Of a DNA stretch of 64,000 nt, positions 10,679-21,203 are shown in pieces. The position numbers were made by a program, and so were the translations under genes. The notes under the pieces are model-generated. The model had not been told where the DNA came from, did not search any database, and saw only the letters and a program-made list of their open reading frames with translations. The DNA is from Candidatus Dormiibacterota bacterium (lineage in GTDB: Bacteria; Chloroflexota; Dormibacteria; Aeolococcales; Aeolococcaceae), in contig CAVPXI010000011.1 of assembly GCA_963709585.1 (NCBI GenBank), forward strand, positions 1 through 64,000, written 5' to 3'. Position 1 is the stretch's first letter. Each line of letters starts with the position of its first letter.

Positions 10679-12091
10679 TCAGGCGCGGTTGGCCACACTG
10701 AGCCCGGCAGTTGCGCCGGCGAGCTGAGCGGTGGTGGGTTCCGCGCAGCAGAACCAGGGCTCGCTCAGGCGCGGCGGGGCGCCCCGTTGCGGTGGCAGTG
10801 CTCTCGCCGCGTCACGCCAGGACAGTCCTGATGTGGCAGCGAGGCCGCCGGTGAGCCGTCGGACCGCCGCGTGGGTCGACCGGGGCGGTACCCCGGCGTC
10901 GGCGTCGGCCGCGACCAGCGCGGCGATGTCCGCCTGAAGCATATCCATCATCGGATCGGGATGCTGCCAGAGATGGCTGAAACCGGCAGAGTTGTAGCCG
11001 CGCAGATGGGCGCGCATCTCCGGCAGCGCGAGCAGCAGCGAGCCCGGCGGCACCAGCAGGCGGATGCTCAACTGCACCGGGTCGACGCTGTCGACAAGGT
11101 CGTTGGCGGCGATCATGTCGAGTAGGTCGATCTGATCGCGAAGCGTGCTCCATGGCGTGAACGGCAGCAGCGACGGCCGGAACTCAATGCCCAGCGAGCG
11201 GCAGATGCGCAACGCCTCGAGCGCGTCCCTGGCCGAGTGTCCCTTGTCGAGTATCTCGAGCACGCGGGGGCTTGTCGACTCCACCGCCGAGACGATGAAG
11301 AGCATCCCAAAGTCGCGCAGCTCGGCGACCACCTCTGGGTGCTCGAGGATGTGCTCCACCTTCGTCGTGATGTCGAAGGTGAGCTCCGGGCAGCGCTCGT
11401 GCACGGCTCGGGCGACGGCCACGGCGTGGGGCACGGCGTTGAGGAAGTCCGGATCGCCGAAGGTGAGATGGCGCATCCCGTCTCCCCAGAGCCGCGCGAC
11501 ATCGTCCACCAGCACCTCGCGCTGCCAGACCCGGATCCGGCCGTCGTACACCGCTGGGACCGGGCAGTGGCGGCAGCGATGCACACAGCCACGCGTCGCT
11601 TCGACGTAGCCGGTCAGCCGTTCCTCGCCATCCACCAGCAGCCGGGTGTAGCGGTCGAGCGGCGGCAACACGTCGCGTGCGGGCAGCGGGAAGCGAAGCC
11701 GGTCGAGCACGATCGCTCGCGGGTCGGGGTGGCCGTCCGCCAGGTCGACCAGCGCCTGCTCGTACTCGCCTCCGAGCAGAGTATCGACGATGCCGGGTTC
11801 CAGGGCGGGGCCGCAAAGTGGCGCGTACAGGCCGAAGAGCACGATTCGGACGTCCGCCCCGCGACGCGCGCGAATGGCCTGGGCGACCGGAACCGCCAGG
11901 CGCATCGCGGTATGCATCGGGACCGCGATGGCGACCAGCTCGGGAGCATCGAGATCGGCCTCGTCCAGAGACTGGACGGCGAGGTCAACGGCGCTGACGT
12001 CATGACCTGCGCCGCGCAGGAAGGCTGCCGCCGAGGCAACGTGTAGTGGCTGATGGCCAAGCTCGTAGCAGGAGATGAGCAGCACCCTCAT
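10679..12091 (-). CDS. CUAEP/CCAEP-tail radical SAM protein (B12-binding-like N-terminus)
   Basis: MRVLLISCYELGHQP start, CVHRCRHC motif, C-terminal PWFCCAEP. Confidence 0.88.
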   Translation of the reverse strand: MRVLLISCYELGHQPLHVASAAAFLRGAGHDVSAVDLAVQSLDEADLDAPELVAIAVPMHTAMRLAVPVAQAIRARRGADVRIVLFGLYAPLCGPALEPGIVDTLLGGEYEQALVDLADGHPDPRAIVLDRLRFPLPARDVLPPLDRYTRLLVDGEERLTGYVEATRGCVHRCRHCPVPAVYDGRIRVWQREVLVDDVARLWGDGMRHLTFGDPDFLNAVPHAVAVARAVHERCPELTFDITTKVEHILEHPEVVAELRDFGMLFIVSAVESTSPRVLEILDKGHSARDALEALRICRSLGIEFRPSLLPFTPWSTLRDQIDLLDMIAANDLVDSVDPVQLSIRLLVPPGSLLLALPEMRAHLRGYNSAGFSHLWQHPDPMMDMLQADIAALVAADADAGVPPRSTHAAVRRLTGGLAATSGLSWRDAARALPPQRGAPPRLSEPWFCCAEPTTAQLAGATAGLSVANRA

Positions 12092-12146
12092 GGGTCACCG
12101 CTCAGCCCGCAGACCGGCAACCGCCCGATACCTGGCACCGCGTCGG

Positions 12147-12732
12147 CTACTTCTTCGCCGCCTGGTAGTAGGGGTTGGTGCCCTCGGCGTGGTTGGTCGA
12201 GTTCGACCACGTCGGTGATGTCCGGGAAGCGTTCGAGCAGCGCGACCCGGACCCCCTGGCCCAGGGTCACGTCTGCCATCCCGCAGCCCTGGCACGCCCC
12301 GCCCATGTGGATGTACGCCTTGCCGTCGGTGACGTCGAGCAGGTCGATGTGCCCGCCGTGGCCGGCGACCATCGGATTGATGTCCTCGTCGAGAAACGAC
12401 TGCACCCGCTCGGCCAGGGGGTCCAACCAGAGTGGATTGGGGTTGCGCACCGTCAGCGCGCCGCTGAGCCGGTCGGCATCCAGGGTGATGCCGTCGAGGT
12501 AGGGGACGGTGGCCGGCGGGGCGTGGAACGCGATCCCGTCGGGACCATCGAAGACCACGTCTTCCTCGCGCTCCTGACCGGCGAAGACCAGGGCGAGGTC
12601 GTAGACGAACTCGCCGTTCGACCGCCCCGTGATCGCGATCCTCACCCCCGCGTCAGGCTGCTTCCGATTGGCGCGGACCTGCTGGATGCGGGTCAGGGCG
12701 ATCTCCGTGGCGTGGATGTTGGGCTGCTGCAT
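12147..12732 (-). CDS. nfuA: NfuA-like Fe-S carrier (frameshifted near 12202)
   Basis: Degenerate A-type N-domain + NifU-C (INPMVAGHGG..GGACQGC); removing one base at 12199-12204 restores VDSTNHAEGTNPYYQAAKK*. Confidence 0.82.
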
Positions 12733-12774
12733 ACGGTGCGTCGCCTCCTCGCGACCGCCTGAAGGTGTCTCCTT

Positions 12775-12802
12775 AATAGTGTGACGCGAATAGTGTGACG
12801 CG
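12775..12802. repeat. Perfect 14-bp tandem direct repeat AATAGTGTGACGCG x2
   Basis: Read directly from the sequence; upstream of nfuA. Confidence 0.9.
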
Positions 12803-12904
12803 GCCGCCGCCGGCAGGGGTCGCCGCCTCCCGTTGCTCAGATAGGACGTGGTCGCAGGCCCGCGACGGCGCCGAGGGTAGCCCCGCTCGAAGCTCGAGTT
12901 CCCG

Positions 12905-14323
12905 TCAGTGCGCGGCGCGCGCCGCCCGCCGCTCCCGGCGCCGGGTGGTCGACCAGGCCGCGTCGATTGCCTTGATCTCGCCGCTCAGGGAAGCGGCAGT
13001 GGCCACGTGACCGGAGCGGACGTAGCGCTCGTGGTTGATCTCCACGCGTGGCGGCTCGTACACGTAGTTGACCATGACGCCGCATGACTCGCGGCCCTTG
13101 AGTGACAGGTCTCCGTCCGGGTTGATGCGCTCGAGACGGGCGCCGTTGGACAGGTGGAAATGCCCGACGCTGTCCGCGATGTGGCCGCGGACGCTGACGT
13201 GCAGCAGGTGGGCGAGCGCCAGGCGTCCGGCGAGTCGCGCAACCACCGGGTCATGTGGACCGGGCGCCTGCAGGAGCCGGAACAGCGCCTCGAGCTCGTC
13301 GGCGGTCGCGGCGAGGCGACGCAGCTCATCGTGGTGGCCCGCCGTGAGGGCGCGCAGCCGCTCGTCGGTGAAGCCGCCGTCCTCGCCCCGATCGGCAAGG
13401 GCCCTGGCCAGAGAGGGCACCGGCGACAGGGTCGCGAACGTCCGCAGTGCCGGCAGCTCGGCGGAGAGCTCGCGCACCACCTGCTTGATGAGGAAGTTTC
13501 CGAACGAGATTCCGCGCAGGCCGGGCTGGCAGTCGCTGATGGAGTAGAAGACCGCGGTGTGCGCCTCCCGGGCTTCGATGATGCGTCGCTGCGCGTCGAG
13601 GAGCGGGGCGATCGCCGCCGGCAGCTCGCGGGTGAGGGCGATCTCCACGAAGATCAGCGGCTCACCGGGGAGCAGTGGGTGGAAGAACGCGAAGCAGCGC
13701 CGGTCCGCGGCCAGGCGCAGATGCAGGTCGTCCCACCCGTCGATCTCGTGGACCGCCTCGTAGGCGATCAGTCGTTCCAGCGTCGCCGCGGGCGTTCCCC
13801 AGCTGATCTGCTCGAGGCGCAGGAAGCCTCCATTGAACCAGGACGAGAGGAGGTGGCGCAGGTCGGCGTCGACGCCGCGAAGATGCGGGCGTTCCGGTAG
13901 GAGGCGGAGCAGCTGGCCGCGTAACTTGACCAGCGCAGCCGCGCCGCCGCCGACCATGTTGAGCCGCCGGAAAAGCTCCTGCCGAGGCGCCTCGGTTGCT
14001 CTCGCAAGCGCCATCACGGCGTCATCGGTGGGCTCCGCTCGCCAGCGATCAACCGCCGCAGCGACCTCGTCAGCGGGCGCCGAGAACGAGCCTGCGAGCA
14101 CCTCCAGGAATGCGGCGACATCGGTGCTGCTCATGCCCTCGAGGGCGCGCACCACGTCGGTGGCCAGGGCCAGACCCGAAGCCTCGCCACGCCCGGCGAT
14201 CAGGCGGCGGCAGGTGGCGGCGAGGTTGGCGGTGCTGTTGGTGCCCCCGGCGCCGCGTCCGAGCATCGCCCGGCCGCGTTCCGCCACCGAGGTCACATGC
14301 TCCAGCCACGACGGCGGCGTCAT
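12905..14323 (-). CDS. Malonyl-CoA decarboxylase family protein
   Basis: YEAVHEI, DRRCFAFFHP, FYSISDCQPGLRGISFGNFLIK, TLSPVP, HFHLSNGA, MVNY; own ATG at 14323 overlapping the regulator stop. Confidence 0.9.
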   Translation of the reverse strand: MTPPSWLEHVTSVAERGRAMLGRGAGGTNSTANLAATCRRLIAGRGEASGLALATDVVRALEGMSSTDVAAFLEVLAGSFSAPADEVAAAVDRWRAEPTDDAVMALARATEAPRQELFRRLNMVGGGAAALVKLRGQLLRLLPERPHLRGVDADLRHLLSSWFNGGFLRLEQISWGTPAATLERLIAYEAVHEIDGWDDLHLRLAADRRCFAFFHPLLPGEPLIFVEIALTRELPAAIAPLLDAQRRIIEAREAHTAVFYSISDCQPGLRGISFGNFLIKQVVRELSAELPALRTFATLSPVPSLARALADRGEDGGFTDERLRALTAGHHDELRRLAATADELEALFRLLQAPGPHDPVVARLAGRLALAHLLHVSVRGHIADSVGHFHLSNGARLERINPDGDLSLKGRESCGVMVNYVYEPPRVEINHERYVRSGHVATAASLSGEIKAIDAAWSTTRRRERRAARAAH

Positions 14324-15049
14324 GGCTGGGACGGATCCTCGACAGGCGGCTCCCACCGCAACAACGCGACGTCCGCAACCTGGCGCAGGTGCGCGCGCAT
14401 CGCATCGGCCGCTCGTGCCGCCTGCTGCGCCTCGATCGCCTCGAGAATGCGTCGGTGGGCCAGAAGTGAGTTCCGCGGCCGGTTCGGCTCGGTCAGCGAC
14501 TCCAGGCGGGTTTCGTGAATCGCCTCGGCCAGTCCGTCGATGACGTGCTCGAGCACCTTGTTGTTGCCCGCGCGGTGCACCGCATGGTGGAACGCGGCAT
14601 CGCCGTCGATACCGAGTTCCCTCCGAGGCGATCTCAGCCTCCATCGCCACGAGCGCCGAGCGCATCGCCGCCAGGTCATCGTCGGTGCGCCGCGTCGCCG
14701 CCAGCTCCGCGAGCCGCACCTCGAGGAGCTCGCGCGCCTCCAGCACCTCGGGGAGCCGGCCCCGGCGCTCCACGAGCTTGTGCAGCATGCCGCCGAACCC
14801 GCGGCTGCGGCGGAGGAAGACACCCCCTCCGTGACGCACCTCGATGAACCCCTGGGCTTCGAGCACCGCGAGCGCCTGGCGCAGGGACGCGCGGCTGACC
14901 TGGAGCCGCGACGCCAGCTCGCGCTCCGGCGGAAAGCGTTCGCCGACGGCAAGGTTGGTTCGGATGACGAATTCGCCCAGGCGCTCGACGAGATCCTCGT
15001 ACAGACGGGTGCGGCCCAGAGGTCGGAGCGGCGACGTGTCGACGGTCAC
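14320..15049 (-). CDS. FadR/GntR-family regulator (frameshifted near 14617)
   Basis: wHTH PPERELASRLQVSRASLRQAL + FCD (DAAFHHAVH..AHRRILEAI..MRAHL) split across two frames. Confidence 0.88.
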
Positions 15050-15055
15050 GGCAGG

Positions 15056-15083
15056 ATTATCCTACGAAATTGGCCTATCCACT
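15056..15083. promoter_or_regulatory. Divergent promoter: minus-strand -10 (GATAAT) for leaderless gntR and a possible FadR-type operator TGG-N5-CCA
   Basis: -10-like hexamer 6 nt before GTG 15049; TTGGCCTATCCA imperfect palindrome. Confidence 0.4.
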
Positions 15084-15172
15084 GACCCATTGACATAGTT
15101 ATCCACGCCGGAGCAGACTTCCGCAAGTACTGGGGACGGCCCTCTGAATTGCCCGCTGACGGAGGTTGGACA

Positions 15173-16477
15173 GTGTCGCCGACAGCCATCGACCGGATCC
15201 CGAAAACGCGCGCTCCCAAACGTTTTCTCACCGGCATCGCGGTCGCCGTTGTGGTCGCCGCCTGCGGCAGCTCCAGCCCGAGCGGCAGCTCCGGTGGCGG
15301 CAACGTCAAGACCGACAGCGCCGGCCACGTGTCGTTCGGCGTGCTCTCGTGCTTCACGGGCCCGCTGGCGGTCCTCGGCGAGGCAATGCTCCAGGGGTCG
15401 CAGGTGGCGCAGAAGGTCATCAACGCCTCGGGCGGCGTGCTCGGCAAGCAACTCGACCTCAGTCACGCGGATACGCAGTGCGATGAGGCCGACGCCGTAC
15501 CAGCGGTGCGCCAGCTCCTCTCGGCGGACAGCGTGAGCGGCATCATCGGGCCGGAAACACAGGAGATCGCGGCCGTGGCGCCGATCGTGAGTGCGGCCAA
15601 GATACCCACGGAGTTCCAGGGCGGCAGCACTGCGTTCGACAAGAACGTCAATCAATACCTCTGGCGTGACAGCCCGTCCAACTCTCAGCTTGGCGTCGCC
15701 ATGGCGCTCTACGCCAAGCAGAAGGGATACAAGACAGCGGCGCTCCTCTTCTCGTCGGACATCGCCCAGCAGACGATCCCGAAGCCGATCACCGCAACCT
15801 GGGTGAAGTTCGGGAACACGATCGTCTCCAACATCACCGTCGCGCCCGGGCAGACCTCCTATCTCCCCCAGGTGCAGCAAATCATCGCCGCTCACCCGGA
15901 TGTCATCTTCACGCAGCTCGATCCGCAGACGGCAGCGGTCATGTTCCAGAACTTCAAAGAACTGGACAACCTCGCCATCCCGATCGTCGGGACCGACGTG
16001 ACCAGCGGGAACGACTACCTCAAGGCGATCACGTACCCGATCGCCCACGCCCACCTGGTCTCGGTCTATGGCACCAATGCGACGGGCGCGGCAGCCGACA
16101 ACTTCGCGGCGGCGTTCGCCGCGCAGAACGGTGCTAACGCACAGCCAATTGCGGGCGCCAACTACGCGTACGACGCGGTGATCAGTCTCGCGCTGGCCAT
16201 GGACAAGGCAGGCACGACCGACGGCCCGGCGGTCATCGCCGCCATGAAGCAGGTCACGAACCCGCCGGGTACACCGTGCGACACCTACAAGGCGTGTCTC
16301 GCGGGTATCAAGGCGGGCACCAAGATCAAGATGGATGGCTCGAGCGGCGACCTTATCTTCAACGCCTACAACAACGTCTTCGGTCCGTACGGAGCATTCC
16401 AGGCAGATGCCGGCACCGGCGCTGAGAGCCAGATTGCGCTTCTCTCCGCAACGGACCTTGCCGCGGCCACTCCCTGA
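15173..16477 (+). CDS. ABC transporter substrate-binding lipoprotein (Liv/HAAT family)
   Basis: GGAGG RBS, lipobox VVAAC, INASGGVLGK..DTQCD periplasmic-binding fold. Confidence 0.9.
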   Translation: MSPTAIDRIPKTRAPKRFLTGIAVAVVVAACGSSSPSGSSGGGNVKTDSAGHVSFGVLSCFTGPLAVLGEAMLQGSQVAQKVINASGGVLGKQLDLSHADTQCDEADAVPAVRQLLSADSVSGIIGPETQEIAAVAPIVSAAKIPTEFQGGSTAFDKNVNQYLWRDSPSNSQLGVAMALYAKQKGYKTAALLFSSDIAQQTIPKPITATWVKFGNTIVSNITVAPGQTSYLPQVQQIIAAHPDVIFTQLDPQTAAVMFQNFKELDNLAIPIVGTDVTSGNDYLKAITYPIAHAHLVSVYGTNATGAAADNFAAAFAAQNGANAQPIAGANYAYDAVISLALAMDKAGTTDGPAVIAAMKQVTNPPGTPCDTYKACLAGIKAGTKIKMDGSSGDLIFNAYNNVFGPYGAFQADAGTGAESQIALLSATDLAAATP

Positions 16478-16482
16478 CGAAT

Positions 16483-16519
16483 CGGGGGCAGCGCGCGCGC
16501 TGGTGATGCGCTGCCCCCG
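16483..16519 (+). terminator. 12-bp stem-loop after the SBP gene (mRNA stabiliser or partial terminator)
   Basis: CGGGGGCAGCGC / GCGCTGCCCCCG perfect inverted repeat. Confidence 0.65.
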
Positions 16520-16574
16520 TCCTGTCCCCGACCGTCTGGCGCCACCCCGTCCAATCGTTGGAGAATCGGTCTAG

Positions 16575-17456
16575 GTGCACGAGGCTTTCCTCATATTCGG
16601 CTTCGGTCTGGTTGCCGCGGCGATCCTGTCGCTCTCGGCCCTGGCCTTCACGCTCGAGTACTCCGTCACCAACGTCGCCAACCTCTCGCACGGTGAGATC
16701 CTCACGGTCGGCGCGTACTGCGCATACCTCGTGCAGCAGCACGGTGGTGGTGTCATTCTCTCGGGCTTGGCGGCGGCCGCAGGCGGTGGCGCACTTGCGC
16801 TCGCCGTGCACAACGGCGTGGTCGCCCGCTTCGTGCGCAGGGGCATCGGCGGGCTACCGACATTCATCGCCACGCTCGGCGTGTCACTCGTCATCCAGAA
16901 CGTCCTGGTCATCATCTTCGGTGCATCCAACCTCGGCTATTCGGTCCCGCAGGGAGCGCCACGAACCATCGGACCGTTCCTGTGGACGGACACCGAGATT
17001 CAGATCATGGTCTCCGCGGTCGTGATCACTGCCGTGCTGTACCTGATCATCCAGCACACGCGTTTTGGCAAGTCTCTGCGCGCGGTCTCGCAGAACCGTT
17101 CACTGGCCAGGGTTTCCGGGATCAACGCAAACCGCGTGGCCGCGCTCACGTGGCTGCTCGCCGGGCTCATCGGCGGCTATGCGGGCTTTATCCTCGCCGA
17201 GAGTGTCGGCACCTTCAGCCCATACTCCGGCTTCAGCTTCTTCCTGATCACGCTGACCGCCGCGGTCGCCGGCGGTCTCGGTAAAGCAGTGGGCACGCTC
17301 GTCGGGGCCATCATCGTCGGCATCGCGCTGGAGTTCTTCGGCGGCTACCTCAGCGCGAGCTACAACCTCGCCTTTGCATTCGCGATCCTGTCACTGGTGA
17401 TCCTCGTCCGCCCTCGGGGTCTCTTCGTCGGCGGCCGACGGAGCATCTTCGAATGA
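16575..17456 (+). CDS. Liv-type ABC permease (LivH-like)
   Basis: NLSHGE, TRFGKSLRAVSQN motifs; multiple TMs. Confidence 0.9.
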   Translation: MHEAFLIFGFGLVAAAILSLSALAFTLEYSVTNVANLSHGEILTVGAYCAYLVQQHGGGVILSGLAAAAGGGALALAVHNGVVARFVRRGIGGLPTFIATLGVSLVIQNVLVIIFGASNLGYSVPQGAPRTIGPFLWTDTEIQIMVSAVVITAVLYLIIQHTRFGKSLRAVSQNRSLARVSGINANRVAALTWLLAGLIGGYAGFILAESVGTFSPYSGFSFFLITLTAAVAGGLGKAVGTLVGAIIVGIALEFFGGYLSASYNLAFAFAILSLVILVRPRGLFVGGRRSIFE

Positions 17457-18466
17457 TCGACCAGCTGGTCGGCATCCTGACCGAGGCCTCCATCTTCGCG
17501 ATCATGGCGCTCGGGCTCAATATCGTGTGGGGCTGGTCGGGCGACTTCGACCTTGCGTTCTATGGGTACGTCGCGCTCGGCGCCTACATGACCCTGGTAC
17601 TCACCATCGGACCCGCCACCGCCGGGACGACGTACATCCTGGGGCTGTCGCTGCCGTTTCCGATTGCGGTCGCCATCGCTGTGATCAGCTCGATGCTGCT
17701 CGCGCTCATCGTCGGAGCGATCGCGCTCCGTCACCTGCGCGGCATCTATTTCTCGATTGTCACGCTCGGTGCGGTGTACGTCCTCTATGTCTTTGCCGGG
17801 CAGTTCGTGCCGCTCTTCAACGGCTACAACGGGCTCTCCGGCCTGTTCGACCCGATGGGCGATGTCCTGGGGCTCGACTACTCGAGCTACGGCTACTTCT
17901 ATCTCGGCCTGTGTGTCGTCGTCCTGGCCGCCGTCCTGCTCCTGGTCACGCGACTGGACGGCAGCCGCTTCGGGCTCGCGCTGCGCAGCCTGCGCGAGGA
18001 TGAGCGCGCCGCGGCGGCATTCGGCCGCGATATCTATGTGACCAAGCTCAAGGCCTATGTCCTCGGCGCCGCGCTCGGCGGGTTGGGCGGAGCCCTCTTC
18101 GCCGGGTATCTCAGCGCTTTCAACCCGTCGGCCTGGTCACCGGTGGAGACGATCATCCTGTACGCCGCGATCTTGGTCGGCGGCCGGGGCAGCACGCGCG
18201 GCGTCATCCTCGGCGTCGTCGTGATGGTCATGGGGTTGCAGGAGGCGACGCGGTACCTCCCCGAGATCGCCAACCAACCCGCCTTCGCGCCGGCCTTCCG
18301 GCAGATCATCACCGGAGTCGTCCTGGTGCTGTTCATCCGCTTCCGGCCGCAGGGCATCCTCCCCGAGCGCCGCATGCGTGACAAGGATCCCGCCGGGAAG
18401 GGTGGTGCTGCGATTGCCGTGGAGGGCGCCATCGCCGGATCGACGCTCGACACCGGCGCGGCATGA
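17453..18466 (+). CDS. Liv-type ABC permease (LivM-like)
   Basis: LGLNIVWG, LRGIYFSIVTL, FGLALRSLREDE. Confidence 0.9.
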   Translation: MIDQLVGILTEASIFAIMALGLNIVWGWSGDFDLAFYGYVALGAYMTLVLTIGPATAGTTYILGLSLPFPIAVAIAVISSMLLALIVGAIALRHLRGIYFSIVTLGAVYVLYVFAGQFVPLFNGYNGLSGLFDPMGDVLGLDYSSYGYFYLGLCVVVLAAVLLLVTRLDGSRFGLALRSLREDERAAAAFGRDIYVTKLKAYVLGAALGGLGGALFAGYLSAFNPSAWSPVETIILYAAILVGGRGSTRGVILGVVVMVMGLQEATRYLPEIANQPAFAPAFRQIITGVVLVLFIRFRPQGILPERRMRDKDPAGKGGAAIAVEGAIAGSTLDTGAA

Positions 18467-19251
18467 CCGCACTGCTCGAGGTCCAGGACCTGCACAAGCA
18501 CTTCGGTGGCGTGCAGGCGGTTTCCGCCTGCTCGTTCACGGCGGCCGAGGGCCAGATCACCGGTCTCATCGGCCCAAACGGAGCCGGCAAGAGCACCGCG
18601 ATCGACCTCATCTCGGGCTTCAAGATCCCCGACAGCGGCACCGTCCTTTTCGAGGGCAAGCCGGTTCAGGGCAAGGCGCCACATCACATCTCGCGGATGG
18701 GCCTGATTCGGACATTTCAAAGCCCGCGCGAGTGGCCGGGTCTGAGCGTCCTCGAGAACCTCATCCTCGCCTGCTTCGAGCGTCGCCGCGAGCGGTTCTG
18801 GCGATCGCTGCGCGGCCCGACGCGCGCCGAGAGAAAGCACGCTGACGAGCAAGCCACTCGTGCCCGCGCAATCCTCGAGGAATTCGGGTTGATGCACCTG
18901 CGCAACGAGCGCGCCGGCAACCTCAGCGGCGGCCAGAAACGCCTCCTCGAGTTCGCGCGCATCCGCATGGCCGAGCCGCGGCTGGTGATTCTCGACGAGC
19001 CGATGGGCGGGGTCAACCCGGTCCTCGGTGAGCGCATGGCCGCCGCGGTGCTCGGTTTCGTCACCGCGGGGACCTCGGTGGTCATCGTCGAGCACAACCT
19101 CCCGTTCATCGAGCGGGTCACCGACCAGGTGGTGGTGATGGCTGAGGGGCGAGTGATCGCCGAGGGTCCGTTCGCCGAGTTGCGCGGCAACCCGGCTGTT
19201 GTCGACGCCTACCTTGGAGAGATGCCCAGCTATGACGACGACGACGTCTGA
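18463..19251 (+). CDS. ABC ATP-binding protein (LivG-like)
   Basis: GPNGAGKS, LSGGQ, ILDEP. Confidence 0.93.
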   Translation: MTALLEVQDLHKHFGGVQAVSACSFTAAEGQITGLIGPNGAGKSTAIDLISGFKIPDSGTVLFEGKPVQGKAPHHISRMGLIRTFQSPREWPGLSVLENLILACFERRRERFWRSLRGPTRAERKHADEQATRARAILEEFGLMHLRNERAGNLSGGQKRLLEFARIRMAEPRLVILDEPMGGVNPVLGERMAAAVLGFVTAGTSVVIVEHNLPFIERVTDQVVVMAEGRVIAEGPFAELRGNPAVVDAYLGEMPSYDDDDV

Positions 19252-19987
19252 CCCCGCGCCGGCGGGAATGGCGACCGCCGCAGCCCTCGAGGTGGCCGGC
19301 CTCACCGCCGGCTATGGCGGGCCGCCGATTGTCGAGAACGTCAGCATCCGCGCTCACCGCGGCGCGATCACCGCCATCGTCGGACCCAACGGGGCGGGGA
19401 AGTCGACGCTGCTCAAAGCCATCGCCGGGGTGATCAGCTCGAAATCGGGGACGGTCACGGTCGAGGGCAGGGATGCCACCGGGCTGCCCTCGGAGAAGCT
19501 GGTGCGTCGCGGCATCGCCTACGTCCCGCAGGTGGCCAACGTGTTCCCACAGCTCACCGTGCAGGAGAACCTCGAGATGGGCGGCTACAGCCGGAGACAT
19601 GGGCTCCGAGAGCGCGCCGATGAGCTCTACCAACTCTTCCCGGATCTCAAGCTCGCCCACAGCCGCCACGCTGAAACCCTCAGCGGCGGGCAGCGCACCA
19701 TGCTCGCCATGGCGCGAGGCCTCATGGTCGACCCGGCTGTGCTTTTGCTCGACGAGCCCTCGGCCGGCCTCTCACCGAAATTCCAGGTGGCGGTCTGGGA
19801 GCGCATCGAGCAGGTGCGCGCCACCAACGTGGCCGTGGTGGTCGTCGAGCAGAACACCCGCGAGACACTGCGTCACGCCACCTGGGCGTATGTGCTGGTG
19901 CTCGGCCAGAACCGCCTCGAGGGCAGGGGACGGGATCTGCTCCACAACGACGAGGTCGTCAACCTCTACGTCGGCGTTCTGTCGTAG
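19232..19987 (+). CDS. ABC ATP-binding protein (LivF-like)
   Basis: GPNGAGKS, LSGGQ, LLDEPSAGLSP, VEQN. Confidence 0.93.
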   Translation: MTTTTSDPAPAGMATAAALEVAGLTAGYGGPPIVENVSIRAHRGAITAIVGPNGAGKSTLLKAIAGVISSKSGTVTVEGRDATGLPSEKLVRRGIAYVPQVANVFPQLTVQENLEMGGYSRRHGLRERADELYQLFPDLKLAHSRHAETLSGGQRTMLAMARGLMVDPAVLLLDEPSAGLSPKFQVAVWERIEQVRATNVAVVVVEQNTRETLRHATWAYVLVLGQNRLEGRGRDLLHNDEVVNLYVGVLS

Positions 19988-19999
19988 GGGCCCTGATCG

Positions 20000-21203
20000 A
20001 TGGACGCGCAACGCTCGGCAGGCCCGCTCGCGGGGGTGCGCGTGCTCGACCTCTCGCGCATCCTGTCCGGTCCGTTCGCGACCATGGTCTTCGCCGACCT
20101 CGGCGCCGACGTCATCAAGCTCGAGAATCCCCGCACCGGCGATGACACCCGGCAGTGGGCGCCGCCCTACCAGGGGGATCAGTCGGCGTACTTCCTCTCG
20201 GTGAACCGGAACAAGCGCGGCGTCGCCGTCGACCTCAAGACCGAGCAGGGACTCGACATCGCGCTGCGCCTTGCCGACCGCGCCGACATCGTCGTCGAGA
20301 ACTTTCGCCCGGGGACCGCGCAGGCTCGGGCTCGGGTACGACGCGCTCGCCGCCCGCAATCCACGGCTCATCTACGCGTCGATCTCGGGCTTCGGTCAGA
20401 CCGGCCCCTACGCGCACGAGCCGGGCTACGACGCGATCGCCCAGGCGCTCGGCGGCCTGATGAGCGTGACCGGCGAGGCCGACGGCAACCCGGTGCGCGT
20501 CGGCAACTCCGTCGCCGATCTCAGCGCCGCATGGTGGGCAGCGATCGGCATCCTCGCGGCCCTCCACGCCCGCCACACCACCGGCCGCGGCGAGTGGATC
20601 GACATCTCGCTGCTCGACGGCCAGATCGCTTCGCTGACCTACCTGGCGGGTGGCTACTTCGCATCCGGCGAGGTGCCCCGGCGATATGGATCGGCGCACC
20701 CGAGCATCGTTCCCTATCAGGCGCTGCGCACCGGTGACGGTCTTCTCATGGTCGCGGTGGGCAACGACACCCTGTGGCGACGCTTCGCTTCGCTGCTCGG
20801 GCTGGCCGAACTGGCGGACAACCCTCGTTTCGCCACCAACCCGCAGCGCGTGGCCAACCGCACCGAGTTGATCTCGATCATCGAGGCGGCCCTCGCCGCC
20901 AAGGGGTCGACCGCCTGGGCCGAGGAGCTGTCGCGGGTTGGCATCCCTGCCGGCGCCATCAACAGCATTGATGCGGCGCTCGTCCATCCCCAGGTGGCCG
21001 CGCGCGACATGGTGCTCACGACCGAGCATCCGACCGCCGGCACCCTGCGCATGGCCGGGTCACCGATCAAGCTTTCCGACTACACGACCACCGTCCGGCG
21101 CCCGCCGCCGACGCTCGGGGAGCACACCGACGAAGTGCTCCACGAGCTCGGGTACTCGGCCGACGACATTGCGGCGATGCGCGAGGCGGGCGTCATCCGG
21201 TGA
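20000..21203 (+). CDS. Family III CoA transferase (CaiB/BaiF), frameshifted near 20320
   Basis: PLAGVRVLDLSRILSGP, NRNKR, ENFRPG, then RLGLGY..ISGFGQTGP..GYD..PPTLGEHT in the next frame. Confidence 0.9.

Noticed and set aside
10735-10760. Selenocysteine in the radical SAM tail
   Set aside because: Codons are TGC TGC; there is no in-frame TGA
12905-15049. Apparent 714-aa GntR-malonyl-CoA decarboxylase fusion
   Set aside because: The linker is out-of-frame FCD sequence; a +1 base at 14614-14619 explains it and the two genes have a normal ATGA overlap
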